A stretch of 64,000 nucleotides of DNA from assembly GCA_964016885.1 (NCBI GenBank), contig OZ024763.1, positions 24,552,001 through 24,616,000 on the forward strand. Reading direction: 5' to 3'. The number at the start of each line of letters is the position of its first letter. Positions within the stretch are counted from its first letter, which is position 1. The stretch comes from Eledone cirrhosa. Its lineage: Eukaryota. The notes under the pieces were generated by a model, which worked only from the letters and a program-made list of their open reading frames with translations, did no database searches and had not been told where the DNA came from. The translations under genes and the position numbers were made by a program. Shown here piece after piece: positions 1 to 15,497 of this stretch.

Positions 1-26
1 GGTATTCGAAATATAATATAATATTC

Positions 27-99
<73 letters not shown>

Positions 100-344
100 A
101 AAATCAAACATGTATACACGTTATAACATATCGAGGAGCTTCCGATTCCAGAGTCAGGTTCGATCATTAATAAATCGTTCCTCGAGCTGATCGACAGTGA
201 AACATATGTAATACGTAATGAAATATGTATATGATGCAACACTGATTTGTTGTTCTCTTATATATTAATACGATGCATACTCTGATACACAAGAGCATGG
301 ATTGCTCACTGGGTATACCGCTAATGGACGGAACTGAGTTGCTC

Positions 345-1100
345 CTATATATATATATATATATAATACCTATATATATATATATAATACCTATATATAT
401 ATATATATAATACCTATATATATATATATAATACCTATATATATATATATATAATACCTATATATATATATATAATACCTATATATATATATAATACCTA
501 TATATATTATAATACCTATATATATATATATAATACCTATATATATATATAATACCTATATATATATATATATATATAATACCTATATATATATATAATA
601 CCTATATATATATATAATACCTATATATATATATAATACCTATATATATATATATATATATAATACCTATATATATATATAATACCTATATATATATATA
701 TATATATAATACCTATATATATATAATACCTATATATATATATATAATACCTATATATATATATAATACCTATATATATATATAATACTATATATATATA
801 ATATAATACCTATAGATATATATATAATACCTATAGATATATATAATACCTATAGATATATATATATATATATAATACCTATATATATATATATAATACC
901 TATAGATATATATATAATACCTATAGATATTATATATATATATAATACCTATATATATATATATAATACCTATATATATATATAATACCTATATATATAT
1001 ATAATACCTATATATATATATATAATACCTATATATATATATAATACCTATATATATATATAATACCTATAGATATATTTAATACTTATATATGTATAAT
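345..1100. repeat. Compound minisatellite aatacct(at)n
   Basis: Many aatacct spacers separated by variable-length (TA)n. Confidence 0.9.
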
Positions 1101-1124
1101 ACCATTATATATATATAATATATA

Positions 1125-1236
<112 letters not shown>

Positions 1237-1514
1237 CGTGTGTATTACCTATACATATATATATATGATAATACCTATATATATATAGGTATTATATACA
1301 TATATATGTATACGTAATACACATATATATATATATATATATATATAAATATATATAACATATATATATATATATATGATATATTATATATATATATATA
1401 TAATATATATATAGAAATATATATATATATATATAATATATATATATATATATTATATATATATATATAATATATATATAATATATATATATATATATTA
1501 TATATATAATATAT

Positions 1515-1638
<124 letters not shown>

Positions 1639-1683
1639 AAAAATATAATATATATATATATATATTATATATATATATATAAT

Positions 1684-1729
<46 letters not shown>

Positions 1730-1818
1730 ATATATATATAATATATATATATAATATATATATATATAATATATATATATATATAATATATATATATATA
1801 TAATATATATATATATAA

Positions 1819-1875
<57 letters not shown>

Positions 1876-1902
1876 TATAATATATATATATATATAATAA
1901 AT

Positions 1903-1945
<43 letters not shown>

Positions 1946-2149
1946 TATATAATATATATATATATAATATATATATTATAATATATATATATATATATAA
2001 TATATAGATTTTGAGTTTATGTTGGTTGTATACCAACACCTCAGTATGCAGGCTGGAGCACTCGACGAGTGCGCAGGTTGGTTTGGTTACTCCGGAGTAG
2101 TGTAAAATAAAGTTTAAATAAAAAGTCAAATGATTAAAATTTAACTTCG

Positions 2150-2189
<40 letters not shown>

Positions 2190-2270
2190 TATATATATAT
2201 AACATATATATATATATATAATATATATATATATATAATATATATATATATACATAATATATATATATAT

Positions 2271-2850
2271 TAGTAATAATAATAAAATTGAAGACTAAAA
2301 TCCAAAGAGGGCTCGATAAGGAAAATATATATCAAATATATAAGAACCATTTGTTTCTATTACTTCTGTATTGTATTTATTTACTTTGTTCTTAACTCTG
2401 TGGCGGAGATTCATTTGGTCTCCTAGTTAGAATTTTAGTCTACAATTTCTGCTATACGATTTACGTGGTTTTGTCTTTGCGTGCTATTGTTCTCCCCCGC
2501 TCAACATATGACTTATTATCTTCGTTTTTTTCGTTCATTGCCAGAGAACGTCTCTATGCACCACCTAAGAGAACATTAGTTTACGACCTCTTTTATACCA
2601 TAAACGTGGTTCTGTCCTTGCAAGTAATTGTTTTTCACCGCTCCTATTAATGACGTATTATTCGTTTTTTCCCGTTCTTAGCCGTCGAACGTTTCCACGA
2701 ACCAAAGTATCGTCTTCCTGTCTTCCTCCGGTTGCAACGTTTTTTGAAATATCCAGTTCTGCGTTACAGATTGACTTTGTTAGTTTCAGAAGATCCCGTT
2801 AAGGGTGAAAGCAGCGATTCTTTGCTTAAACTTTAATCTGTTATTTTAAT
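2271..2850 (+). mobile_element. Non-coding HHR-bearing insertion in (TA)n, family B
   Basis: Shares termini and HHR with 30804-30965 (minus) and 33571-33787, and a fragment at 26206-26260. Confidence 0.65.
2767..2840 (+). ncRNA. Type I hammerhead ribozyme, A4 core variant (family B)
   Basis: cagattga..agttt-CAGAAGA-tccc gttaa gggt-GAAA-gca gcgattctt tgc-TT-aaact ttaatctg. Stem I is extended, with an internal loop. Confidence 0.65.
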
Positions 2851-2926
2851 AAATATATATATATATATTATATATATATACATTATATATATATATATAA
2901 TATATATATATATACATAATATATAT

Positions 2927-3005
<79 letters not shown>

Positions 3006-3052
3006 TATATAATATATATATATATAATATATATATATATAATATATATATA

Positions 3053-3126
<74 letters not shown>

Positions 3127-3157
3127 TATAAACATATATATATATATATAAACATAT

Positions 3158-3189
<32 letters not shown>

Positions 3190-3259
3190 ATATATATATA
3201 AATATATAATATATATATATATAATATATATATATATATAGGTTATATATATATATAGG

Positions 3260-3309
<50 letters not shown>

Positions 3310-4121
3310 ATATATATATACTTAGGGTAGTCCTGTGGGTAGTAGCAAAAGAGTCAGGACACCGACGGCTGATCTCCGGGCCGCTTCGGCTGCTAGTTCT
3401 GAACTAGCTGTCGAAACGATCGTGATGGCGGTGATGGTCGTGGTGGTGGTGTTAGAGACGGTGCAGGTGGGGGTGGTGGTGTGGTAGAGATGGTGGTGGT
3501 GGTGTTCTGATGCTTCTGGTGGTGTAGTGTGTGTTTTTGTTTGTGTGTGTACATGTGTACATTTATTTCTAGGTATAATTATATTTGAATATTTGCTTGC
3601 GTTATATGTATGGTTTGTGTGGACGAGTGTGTGTGTGCATGCGAGTGTGTGTGTGTTTTTGTGAGCGTGAAAGAGAGAGAGAGTGTGTTAGTGTGTATGA
3701 GTGTGTCCCTTTGGCTTCATGTGTACGTTTATTTCTAAGTATAACAAGCACTATGGGAATATGCGACTACGCAGCTTGTGGACAAGCGTGTTGAGAGGTC
3801 CTGTGTCTATGTGTGTGTAACTGTGAGTGTAAAAGACGATCAGCTGTGTATAAGTGTGAAGGTGTGTATGTTATGTATGAGGGATATTGAAAATCTATAT
3901 ATCCATATATACTTATTTGAAAATTTTAACATATGTTCAATATGGATGCGTTCAGAACATAAAGTATAAAGTGTGTGTATATATAATCATGCATATACAA
4001 ATAAATATAGATACATACAATAATACATATATATATACATCAAACACACATATAATTATATATCTACACACATATATATGCATATATACACATACATATA
4101 TACACATACATACACATACAT

Positions 4122-4170
<49 letters not shown>

Positions 4171-4388
4171 CACGCTCACATATATGTATGTATACATTAA
4201 ATAAGTATAGATAATTGCATTCATAACGCCATGTTTCATTTTAGGGGGAATAATTATACATATATATACATATTTTGTATATTCATGTCTATATACATCC
4301 TATATATACATACATATATTTATGCATGTATATACATATATATATTTATATATATATATATATGTATGCATGTGTATATATATATATA

Positions 4389-4518
<130 letters not shown>

Positions 4519-4640
4519 ATATAAAAGTAGCGTGTATACATGCCATTTTCATATGACTACATGAGTAGACCAGTAACCTGCAGCTAACATAATAAAGCTG
4601 ACTTCAAATTTCGCTTACACATACATATCATACAGACAGC

Positions 4641-4695
<55 letters not shown>

Positions 4696-4768
4696 CGTAT
4701 ATATATAAACACACACACACACGCATATATATATATATATATATATGTATGTTTATATATATATATAT

Positions 4769-4814
<46 letters not shown>

Positions 4815-4906
4815 GTATATATATATATATTTATGTATATTTATGTATATAATATTTATGTATATTTATGTATATATATATTTATGTATATATATGTATA
4901 TATATT

Positions 4907-4968
<62 letters not shown>

Positions 4969-5071
4969 TATATATATATGATATATATGTTTATATATAT
5001 AATAATTATATATATATAATTTATATAATATATAATATATATATATATATATGTTTTTATATATATATGTT

Positions 5072-5190
<119 letters not shown>

Positions 5191-5593
5191 TTATATATAT
5201 GTTTGTATTTATATATATATGTTTATATATATATGTATGTTTATATATATGTTTATATATATATGTATGTTTATATATATGTTTTTATATATATATATAT
5301 ATGTTTATATATATATATATATGTGTTTATATATGTTTATATATATATATGTTTATATATATATGTGTTTTATCTATGTTTATATATTTATATATGTTTA
5401 TATATATATGTTTATATATATATGTTTATATATATATATATGTTTATATATATATTTATGTTTATATATGTTTATATATATATGTTTATATACATATATA
5501 TATATATATATGTTTATATATGTTTATATATATATATATATAAATAGATACATATATATAAACATATACATATATATGTTTTATATATATATA

Positions 5594-5637
<44 letters not shown>

Positions 5638-5822
5638 GTCATATATATATATATTTATATATATATATAATATGTTTATATATATATGTATATATATATA
5701 TACATGTTTATATATATATATATATATATAACGAAGGAAATGTGGTAAGGAACCAGGTGGACCATAACGCACCAAAGTACTCAATACTTGAGGTAGTAGA
5801 GTGGGTAATAGGAACCAGTAAG

Positions 5823-5915
5823 ACCCCGACAGCTGAGCTCAAGCCGTTTCGACGGCTAATTCTGGACTAAATGAACATTTATCCTGGTATTTAAATAGCC
5901 GATCTTCTCAAGGGT
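5823..5915 (-). ncRNA. Hammerhead ribozyme, inverted copy of 9461-9554
   Basis: Reverse complement of the same motif, with one C fewer in stem I. Confidence 0.72.
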
Positions 5916-7014
5916 AATTCCATATATGGTCAAAGTGATTGTCAAAAATCAGTAGTAATTCTGTGGTTGCAGATTAGTAGGGGAGATGGTGGCTAAACCT
6001 GCCAGTAGGAGAAAGAGGGGAGGGGGTGGAGTAGACCCAATCAAGCGTTGGTAGTGCCAGCTACAGCTGGGCATGAGGTCAAAGAAGATACAGGGGAGGG
6101 GGAGGGGGAGGAAGTCGGAACGGTAGGTAGAACAATGGGGGGTAAAAATAGGAAAGAAAAAATACTGAGAGTGAAGAAAAGCAAATAAGTGTAAAGAAAA
6201 AAATTAAATTCTACGACCTAGGTGTCAGGCTATTGTTAGGCGAGAATAAAATAAAGAAAGAAAGAAAGAAGTAAATAAATAAATAAATAAATAAATAAGG
6301 AAATAAGTAAAAGAACTAGGTGGGACGAATTAGGCAAGGACCCTTTTAAGAGGTATAAGTACGTAAATGATACGGTGACTGGTCAACAAAAGGGGCCAAA
6401 ATACTAAAGAGACTACCACGAAATAAACAATAAAGGTTTCCATCCCGGGCCAGCAACGACCCAGTGCAGCAAAGTGAACTTGTACGACATAATAATTCTG
6501 AGTCCCGGGAAAAATATATACTAATGCTAACTCTAAAAGATCTAAAACAAGCTACAAGAAAGTTCGTACGAAATAAAGGTAGAATACGGAGAAATAAGTT
6601 CAGAATCCACCCCGCCCAAAAGAAAAGCGAAGCAAGAAATACTGAAACGAAAAAATAAGGCATAAGTGCCACTAAGAAATATAGAGGGCACAGAGAATAG
6701 TGGGAGCGGTCGGAAAAAGGGGGGCAAGTATCCGGGGTCTAAGCCAACTGCTATAAAGGGCGGAGTCCGCCAAATCTATCAAAGACTAGGGGAGGGGGGA
6801 GTGGGGGTACTAAGGCTACATGGGGCCAAAGGGCATCCTCGGGTGGGCGAGAAAGACGCCGACAAAGGAGAAGAGCTGGGGTAGAAGGACAAAGGAGAGA
6901 GGGGGGAAGGAAATAAAGGATGCGATAAAAGAATACAGAGAAGATCTTACGTCTTCCTTGGCAAGCAGGGGTTACCCATTGCAAAATCGGCAACTGGGGT
7001 GTTATAGCCCTAGT

Positions 7015-8005
7015 CTACCCCCCCGGGTCATTATGGGGTTTGAGGGCGAGGTAAGTCCTACGCAATCTATGTTTACATGCAGTAACCAGTTCATCTTTCT
7101 TGTTTAGGAGTTGGTCCGTCGAAAACAGCATTTGTAAAGTTTTCCTCCGAGCATAAATTGCACGGACGGCGTCCTCCCGTGTAAGAATTGGCTCTGGACA
7201 GTAATCTCCAAGTGAGATCATAGGTAATGTTGTTGTCCTTGAGGTCCCATATGTGGCCCGAAAGTGTAGTGGCGTGACGCCGGGGCCGGGTTTCGGAAGG
7301 TATGTCTATGTTGGTATAGCCGGGTCTTGAAGTCACATGCGGTAAGTCCTATATAGGCTTTGTGGAGGTATCCGTCCTCACGTTGCACTGGTAGATCACA
7401 TTACGGTCTCTGCATCTATTGTCGAGTGGGCAAATAGATCTATCCGGGCAGTTACACTCCTGGTCGGTTCTCCACTGCTATTTAGGTTATTTTCTGCCAT
7501 CGGGGTGAGTTTTTTGTTGTTAGAGGAGACGATGTTTTGTGCGAAGTTTGGTGTAGTGCTGTAAGAGAGTTTGATGGTATTTTTGTTAATTATGTTGTGG
7601 TAGCGGTGTTGTAATGGGAAGTGTTTTTCAATGAGCCTAAAGAATAGTTTCCCGATGGGAGTAGTCACCTCTGCGTTGTGGGGAGGATTGAACCATGTTA
7701 CATTGCGTGAGCGGCGGTGTCTCCTGCTGGTTCCGCTAATGGGATCTGGACAGTAGGATATTTCCTCCCGGAAACCACTCCGCTTGAGGGCCTGGTTGTA
7801 ATAAGGCGCATGTTCATCGAATATCCGCTCATTAGCTGACAAACGGGATATGCGGAGGGAGATGTTTTTGACCAGGTTGTTTGTGATGTTCCTAGGATGG
7901 TTTGATCGGCGGTGGATGTAGTGCAGATTGTCATTAGGTTTCCTGTATGGGTAGTACAGGTCGTTTTCGAGGTCGAGGGTTACGTCCAGGAAGTTTACTC
8001 GGGTC
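7015..8005 (-). pseudogene. PLE polyprotein C-terminal half: RT palm/thumb, Cys-rich linker and GIY-YIG endonuclease (frameshifted); C-terminal EN with WFNPP motif, possibly Nematis-like
   Basis: Manual translation gives VNFLDVTLDLENDLYYPYRKPND..YIHRRSNHP, then ALKRSGF, RNVTWFNPP, then CNCPDRSICPLDNRC..VIYQC..AYIGLTACDFKTRLYQH..TTLSGHIW..CNLCSEE..LLNKKDELVTACKH. Several single-base frameshifts interrupt it. Confidence 0.9.
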
Positions 8006-8008
8006 AGG

Positions 8009-8340
8009 GACTTACCGCATGTGACTTCAAGACCCGGCTATACCAACATAGACATACCTTCCGAAACCCGGCCCGGCGTCACGCCACTACACTTTCGGGC
8101 CACATATGGGACCTCAAGGACAACAACATTACCTATGATCTCACTTGGAGATTACTGTCCAGAGCCAATTCTTACACGGGAGGACGCCGTCCGTGCAATT
8201 TATGCTCGGAGGAAACTTTACAAATGCTGTTTTCGACGGACCAACTCCTAAACAAGAAAGATGAACTGGTTACTGCATGTAAACATAGATTGCGTAGGAC
8301 TTACCTCGCCCTCAAACCCCATAATGACCCGGGGGGGTAG
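8009..8340 (+). pseudogene. Inverted duplicate of the GIY-YIG C-terminal coding region (part of the inverted pLTR)
   Basis: ORF 7912-8340 is chimeric: antisense RT sequence followed by GLTACDFKTRLYQHRHTF...LLNKKDELVTACKH. Confidence 0.85.
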
Positions 8341-9460
8341 ACTAGGGCTATAACACCCCAGTTGCCGATTTTGCAATGGGTAACCCCTGCTTGCCAAGGA
8401 AGACGTAAGATCTTCTCTGTATTCTTTTATCGCATCCTTTATTTCCTTCCCCCCTCTCTCCTTTGTCCTTCTACCCCAGCTCTTCTCCTTTGTCGGCGTC
8501 TTTTCTCGCCCACCCGAGGATGCCCTTTGGCCCCATGTAGCCTTAGTACCCCCACTCCCCCCTCCCCTAGTCTTTGATAGATTTGGCGGACTCCGCCCTT
8601 TATAGCAGTTGGCTTAGACCCCGGATACTTGCCCCCCTTTTTCCGACCGCTCCCACTATTCTCTGTGCCCTCTATATTTCTTAGTGGCACTTATGCCTTA
8701 TTTTTTCGTTTCAGTATTTCTTGCTTCGCTTTTCTTTTGGGCGGGGTGGATTCTGAACTTATTTCTCCGTATTCTACCTTTATTTCGTACGAACTTTCTT
8801 GTAGCTTGTTTTAGATCTTTTAGAGTTAGCATTAGTATATATTTTTCCCGGGACTCAGAATTATTATGTCGTACAAGTTCACTTTGCTGCACTGGGTCGT
8901 TGCTGGCCCGGGATGGAAACCTTTATTGTTTATTTCGTGGTAGTCTCTTTAGTATTTTGGCCCCTTTTGTTGACCAGTCACCGTATCATTTACGTACTTA
9001 TACCTCTTAAAAGGGTCCTTGCCTAATTCGTCCCACCTAGTTCTTTTACTTATTTCCTTATTTATTTATTTATTTATTTATTTACTTCTTTCTTTCTTTC
9101 TTTATTTTATTCTCGCCTAACAATAGCCTGACACCTAGGTCGTAGAATTTAATTTTTTTTTTTTTTTTTTTTTTTTTTTCTTTACACTTATTTGCTTTTC
9201 TTCACTCTCAGTATTTTTTCTTTCCTATTTTTACCCCCCATTGTTCTACCTACCGTTCCGACTTCCTCCCCCTCCCCCTCCCCTGTATCTTCTTTGACCT
9301 CATGCCCAGCTGTAGCTGGCACTACCAACGCTTGATTGGGTCTACTCCACCCCCTCCCCTCTTTCTCCTACTGGCAGGTTTAGCCACCATCTCCCCTACT
9401 AATCTGCAACCACAGAATTACTACTGATTTTTGACAATCACTTTGACCATATATGGAATT

Positions 9461-9554
9461 ACCCCTTGAGAAGATCGGCTATTTAAATACCAGGATAAAT
9501 GTTCATTTAGTCCAGAATTAGCCGTCGAAACGGCTTGAGCTCAGCTGTCGGGGT
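9461..9554 (+). ncRNA. Type I hammerhead ribozyme in the PLE pLTR, U3-A8 core variant
   Basis: acccc-TTGAGAA-ga(t)cggcta...tagccgtc-GAAA-cggc ttgagctca gctg-TC-ggggt. All three stems pair and the cleavage triplet is GUC. Confidence 0.75.
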
Positions 9555-9564
9555 CTTACTGGTT

Positions 9565-9655
<91 letters not shown>

Positions 9656-9688
9656 AAATATGTATATATATATATATGTATAAATATG

Positions 9689-9743
<55 letters not shown>

Positions 9744-9764
9744 GTATATATATATATATTTATG

Positions 9765-9824
<60 letters not shown>

Positions 9825-9825
9825 C

Positions 9826-9923
<98 letters not shown>

Positions 9924-9924
9924 G

Positions 9925-10005
<81 letters not shown>

Positions 10006-10051
10006 GTATATATATATACATATATATATATGTATATATATATATATATGT

Positions 10052-10189
<138 letters not shown>

Positions 10190-10274
10190 GTATATATATA
10201 CGTATGGATATACATATATAAGCATACAGAAACTCACACATATATTTACATACATATATGTATCTCAATGGCTT

Positions 10275-10339
<65 letters not shown>

Positions 10340-10753
10340 AGCAATATCTGTCGATATTGCTGGGAGATAGAAAACGAAAGCAATTACGCGTTATTCTATG
10401 TTAGTCCATATACTGACGTGGTCTATAATACAAACTTATCTTTTGTAACGATACGTGGTGTAGAAGCTTTCTATGGAAGGCGGCGGTGTGGTGGGGTGTG
10501 TAGGTCTGATATGGTGTGGTGTTCTCTAGTGTGGTGTGTGGTACTGTGTTGGGATGTGAAGTAAGTGTCGTTGTAATGTTGCAATCTAGTAGAAGCGCCT
10601 CACAGGAAGATGAAATGTTGTGGTGGGGTGGTCTGATGTTGTGTGGCGTGATGTATATAAAATATATATATATATATATATATTTTTTTTTTTCATTTGT
10701 GTGTGTGGATGTGACTGTGTTTACACGCGTACACATACTAACACACACAGACG

Positions 10754-10840
<87 letters not shown>

Positions 10841-10947
10841 GAGCACGTAAACATGGTTTTTACATTCAAATTTGTAAGCATTTATAATTCATACGTATAT
10901 GTATAATATTCTGTATACATATATTTATGTATGTATACACACATGCG

Positions 10948-11048
<101 letters not shown>

Positions 11049-11199
11049 GCTTCATAGTATCTAGACGTATCCGAGAACCGCGCGATTTCAGAGTCAGTTT
11101 TGATCACCATATCGATCGTGCCTTGAGACGGTCGCCCGAGAATCAATTGTAATATGTCGAATAAATTCCTTTCGTCGCAACACTGATTCTCTTTTTTCT

Positions 11200-11268
<69 letters not shown>

Positions 11269-11404
11269 ATATATATATATATAAGTATGTACACGTACAT
11301 ACATATATGCATACAGACGTACTGTAGTATGTGTATATATATATACATACATGCACACATATATACATATGTACGTATGGATTCACCGAATATTTATTAT
11401 TTCC

Positions 11405-12602
<1,198 letters not shown>

Positions 12603-12820
12603 ATGATGATTTCTAAAGAATCAAACAGTTCTAGTCCTGTAGAATCTCATCTATAATTAAACTTTTATACTCTGCTATGTATTGAGTGACTTACTTGCTG
12701 TGTTTACCTCCGATTCAACCCGGAATAATGTATATATATATATATGACTATATATATGTATGTATATATATATGTATATATATATATGCATATATATATA
12801 TATATGTATATATATATATG

Positions 12821-12854
<34 letters not shown>

Positions 12855-12857
<3 letters not shown>

Positions 12858-13135
12858 TTGCGAGGTTTTTATATGAAATCGTGTGTTGAAACAGATATTG
12901 TTATATTTGGGGAGGGTCATATTTGTGTAATATTGCCAGAATTAATAACAGAACACACTCACTGTTTGGTTGGTCTTCGCTTCTCGCTGTCTTTTATATA
13001 TATATATCTGCGATCTAACTTATATCGCAGATATATATATATAAAAGACAGCGAGAAGCGAAAACCAACCAAACAGTGAGTGTGTTCTGTTATTAATTCT
13101 GGCAATATTACACAAATATGACCCTCCCCAAATAT

Positions 13136-13141
<6 letters not shown>
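12855..13141. mobile_element. Palindromic insertion in (TA)n; 3' end shared with 32700-32835 and related to 44117-44690
   Basis: Arms of ~120 bp are inverted about 13020, with an extra ~40-nt tail on the left. The motif atgaccctccc(c/a)aa.tataacaatat is shared among these loci. Confidence 0.7.
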
Positions 13142-13209
<68 letters not shown>

Positions 13210-13214
13210 GTATG

Positions 13215-13247
<33 letters not shown>

Positions 13248-13326
13248 GTATGTATATATATATATATATGTATATATATATACGTATGTGTATATATATA
13301 TATGTATATATATATATATACGTATG

Positions 13327-13381
<55 letters not shown>

Positions 13382-13446
13382 GTTTGTATATATATATATG
13401 TTTATATATATATATATATATATACGTTTGTATATATATATATGTT

Positions 13447-13507
<61 letters not shown>

Positions 13508-13539
13508 GTTTATATATATATATATGTATATATATATAT

Positions 13540-13591
<52 letters not shown>

Positions 13592-13596
13592 GTATG

Positions 13597-13647
<51 letters not shown>

Positions 13648-13678
13648 ATATATGTATATATATATATATATACGTATG

Positions 13679-13712
<34 letters not shown>

Positions 13713-13724
13713 TATATACGTATG

Positions 13725-13812
<88 letters not shown>

Positions 13813-13853
13813 TGTATGTATGTATATATATATGTATATATATATATATATGC

Positions 13854-13918
<65 letters not shown>

Positions 13919-13965
13919 TATACATATATATATATATATATGTATATACATATATATATATATAT

Positions 13966-15177
13966 ATTAAGATAAGCAGAACAAGTAAAATTCAATCAAT
14001 TTTTCAAAATACATTAAAAAATATAATATAAATATTTACCTCTTCTAGTGGCCCTTACTGATCAGTTTCGCTTTGTAAAACCTCATAAATCCGATGGATT
14101 CATGATGGAAAACCAAAGCTCATCAGAGAAGCATTTTCCCATCCTAGGGCTAAACGTCCCAGGAACGACAAAATATACAACCTCCTGCCAGCTAATAAAG
14201 GTCTGAAAGGTCGTAAAAGTGACCCGTATGTAAACTGGACCGAAGTAAAAGCGGGAAAATCAAAGACTTGCTGTCTACAATTACTACTAAAGAAATAGCA
14301 GCCTAGTAAAGCAACAGATTTGTTCTCAACGGACGGAGAAAAAGGTATAAGTTAATATGTCCAGGGATACTAGGTACCCCTAGAAATACATAGGTTGTCT
14401 ATGATTCAGGGTTGTTCAATGGTGTTAATTTGATACACCAGAACTTTAATATTAAGATAAGCAGAACAAGTAAAATTCAATCAATTTTTCAAAATACATT
14501 AAAAAATATAATATAAATATTTACCTCTTCTAGTGGCCCTTACTGATCAGTTTCGCTTTGTAAAACCTCATAAATCCGATGGATTCATGATGGAAAACCA
14601 AAGCTCATCAGAGAAGCATTTTCCCATCCTAGGGCTAAACGTCCCAGGAACGACAAAATATACAACCTCCTGCCAGCTAATAAAGGTCTGAAAGGTCGTA
14701 AAAGTGACCCGTATGTAAACTGGACCGAAGTAAAAGCGGGAAAATCAAAGACTTGCTGTCTACAATTACTACTAAAGAAATAGCAGCCTAGTAAAGCAAC
14801 AGATTTGTTCTCAACGGACGGAGAAAAAGGTATAAGTTAATATGTCCAGGGATACTAGGTACCCCTAGAAATACATAGGTTGTCTATGATTCAGGGTTGT
14901 TCAATGGTGTTAATTTGATACACCAGAACTTTAATATTAAGATAAGCAGAACAAGTAAAATTCAATCAATTTTTCAAAATACATTAAAAAATATAATATA
15001 AATATTTACCTCTTCTAGTGGCCCTTACTGATCAGTTTCGCTTTGTAAAACCTCATAAATCCGATGGATTCATGATGGAAAACCAAAGCTCATCAGAGAA
15101 GCATTTTCCCATCCTAGGGCTAAACGTCCCAGGAACGACAAAATATACAACCTCCTGCCAGCTAATAAAGGTCTGAA
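13966..15177 (-). mobile_element. Tandem array of 2.5 apparently identical 485-bp units, each with an HHR (retrozyme-like or tandem pLTR)
   Basis: Units start at 13966, 14451 and 14936. No ORF of note. Flanked by (TA)n. Confidence 0.88.
14051..14132 (-). ncRNA. Type I hammerhead ribozyme (further copies at 14536-14617 and 15021-15102)
   Basis: Minus strand: gcttct-CTGATGA-gctttg...caaagc-GAAA-ctgatcag-TA-agggc. Stem III is palindromic. Confidence 0.82.
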
Positions 15178-15182
15178 TATGC

Positions 15183-15213
<31 letters not shown>

Positions 15214-15451
15214 TGCATATACATATATATATATATATGCATATACATATATATATGTATGTATATATATATGCATATACATATATATATTTATATATGC
15301 ATATATATATATATATATATAAGGGAGAGAATCGGGAGTGTGTAACACTCCACTTATCAAATAGGCAGTATATGGTTAGCTCAATGTCAGAGGACAGAGC
15401 CGTAATACAATTAACAACAAAGAGCGCTTAGAACATAGGTATATCTTTAAT

Positions 15452-15497
15452 TGCTAACAGTGTTTCGTCCACACTAGAAGTGGGACTCTTCAGAGCA
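15452..15497 (-). ncRNA. Minimal type I hammerhead ribozyme (family E)
   Basis: Minus strand: tgct-CTGAAGA-gtcc cac ttcta gtg t ggac-GAAA-cactg-TT-agca. Confidence 0.8.

Larger units (their letters stand above)
5731..9567 (-). mobile_element. Penelope-like retroelement (PLE), 5'-truncated, with inverted pseudo-LTRs, inserted in (TA)n
   Basis: About 5810-7349 is the reverse complement of about 8009-9567. The central minus strand encodes the RT C-terminus and a GIY-YIG endonuclease. An extra ~80-nt tail (5731-5810) is present on one arm only. Both flanks are (TA)n. Confidence 0.93.

Noticed and set aside
3323-3425. GC-rich island ending tagctgtcgaaacgatcg, similar to a hammerhead 3' half
   Set aside because: No recognisable core or stem I, and too degenerate to call.
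6346-7107. Short ORFs here and their mirrors at 8362-9010
   Set aside because: They lie in the PLE 3' UTR/pLTR, show no recognisable domain, and are duplicated only because of the inverted repeat.
7015-8005. Naiad-type or selenoprotein-encoding PLE
   Set aside because: The endonuclease is C-terminal to RT, and the Cys positions I read use TGT/TGC codons, not TGA.
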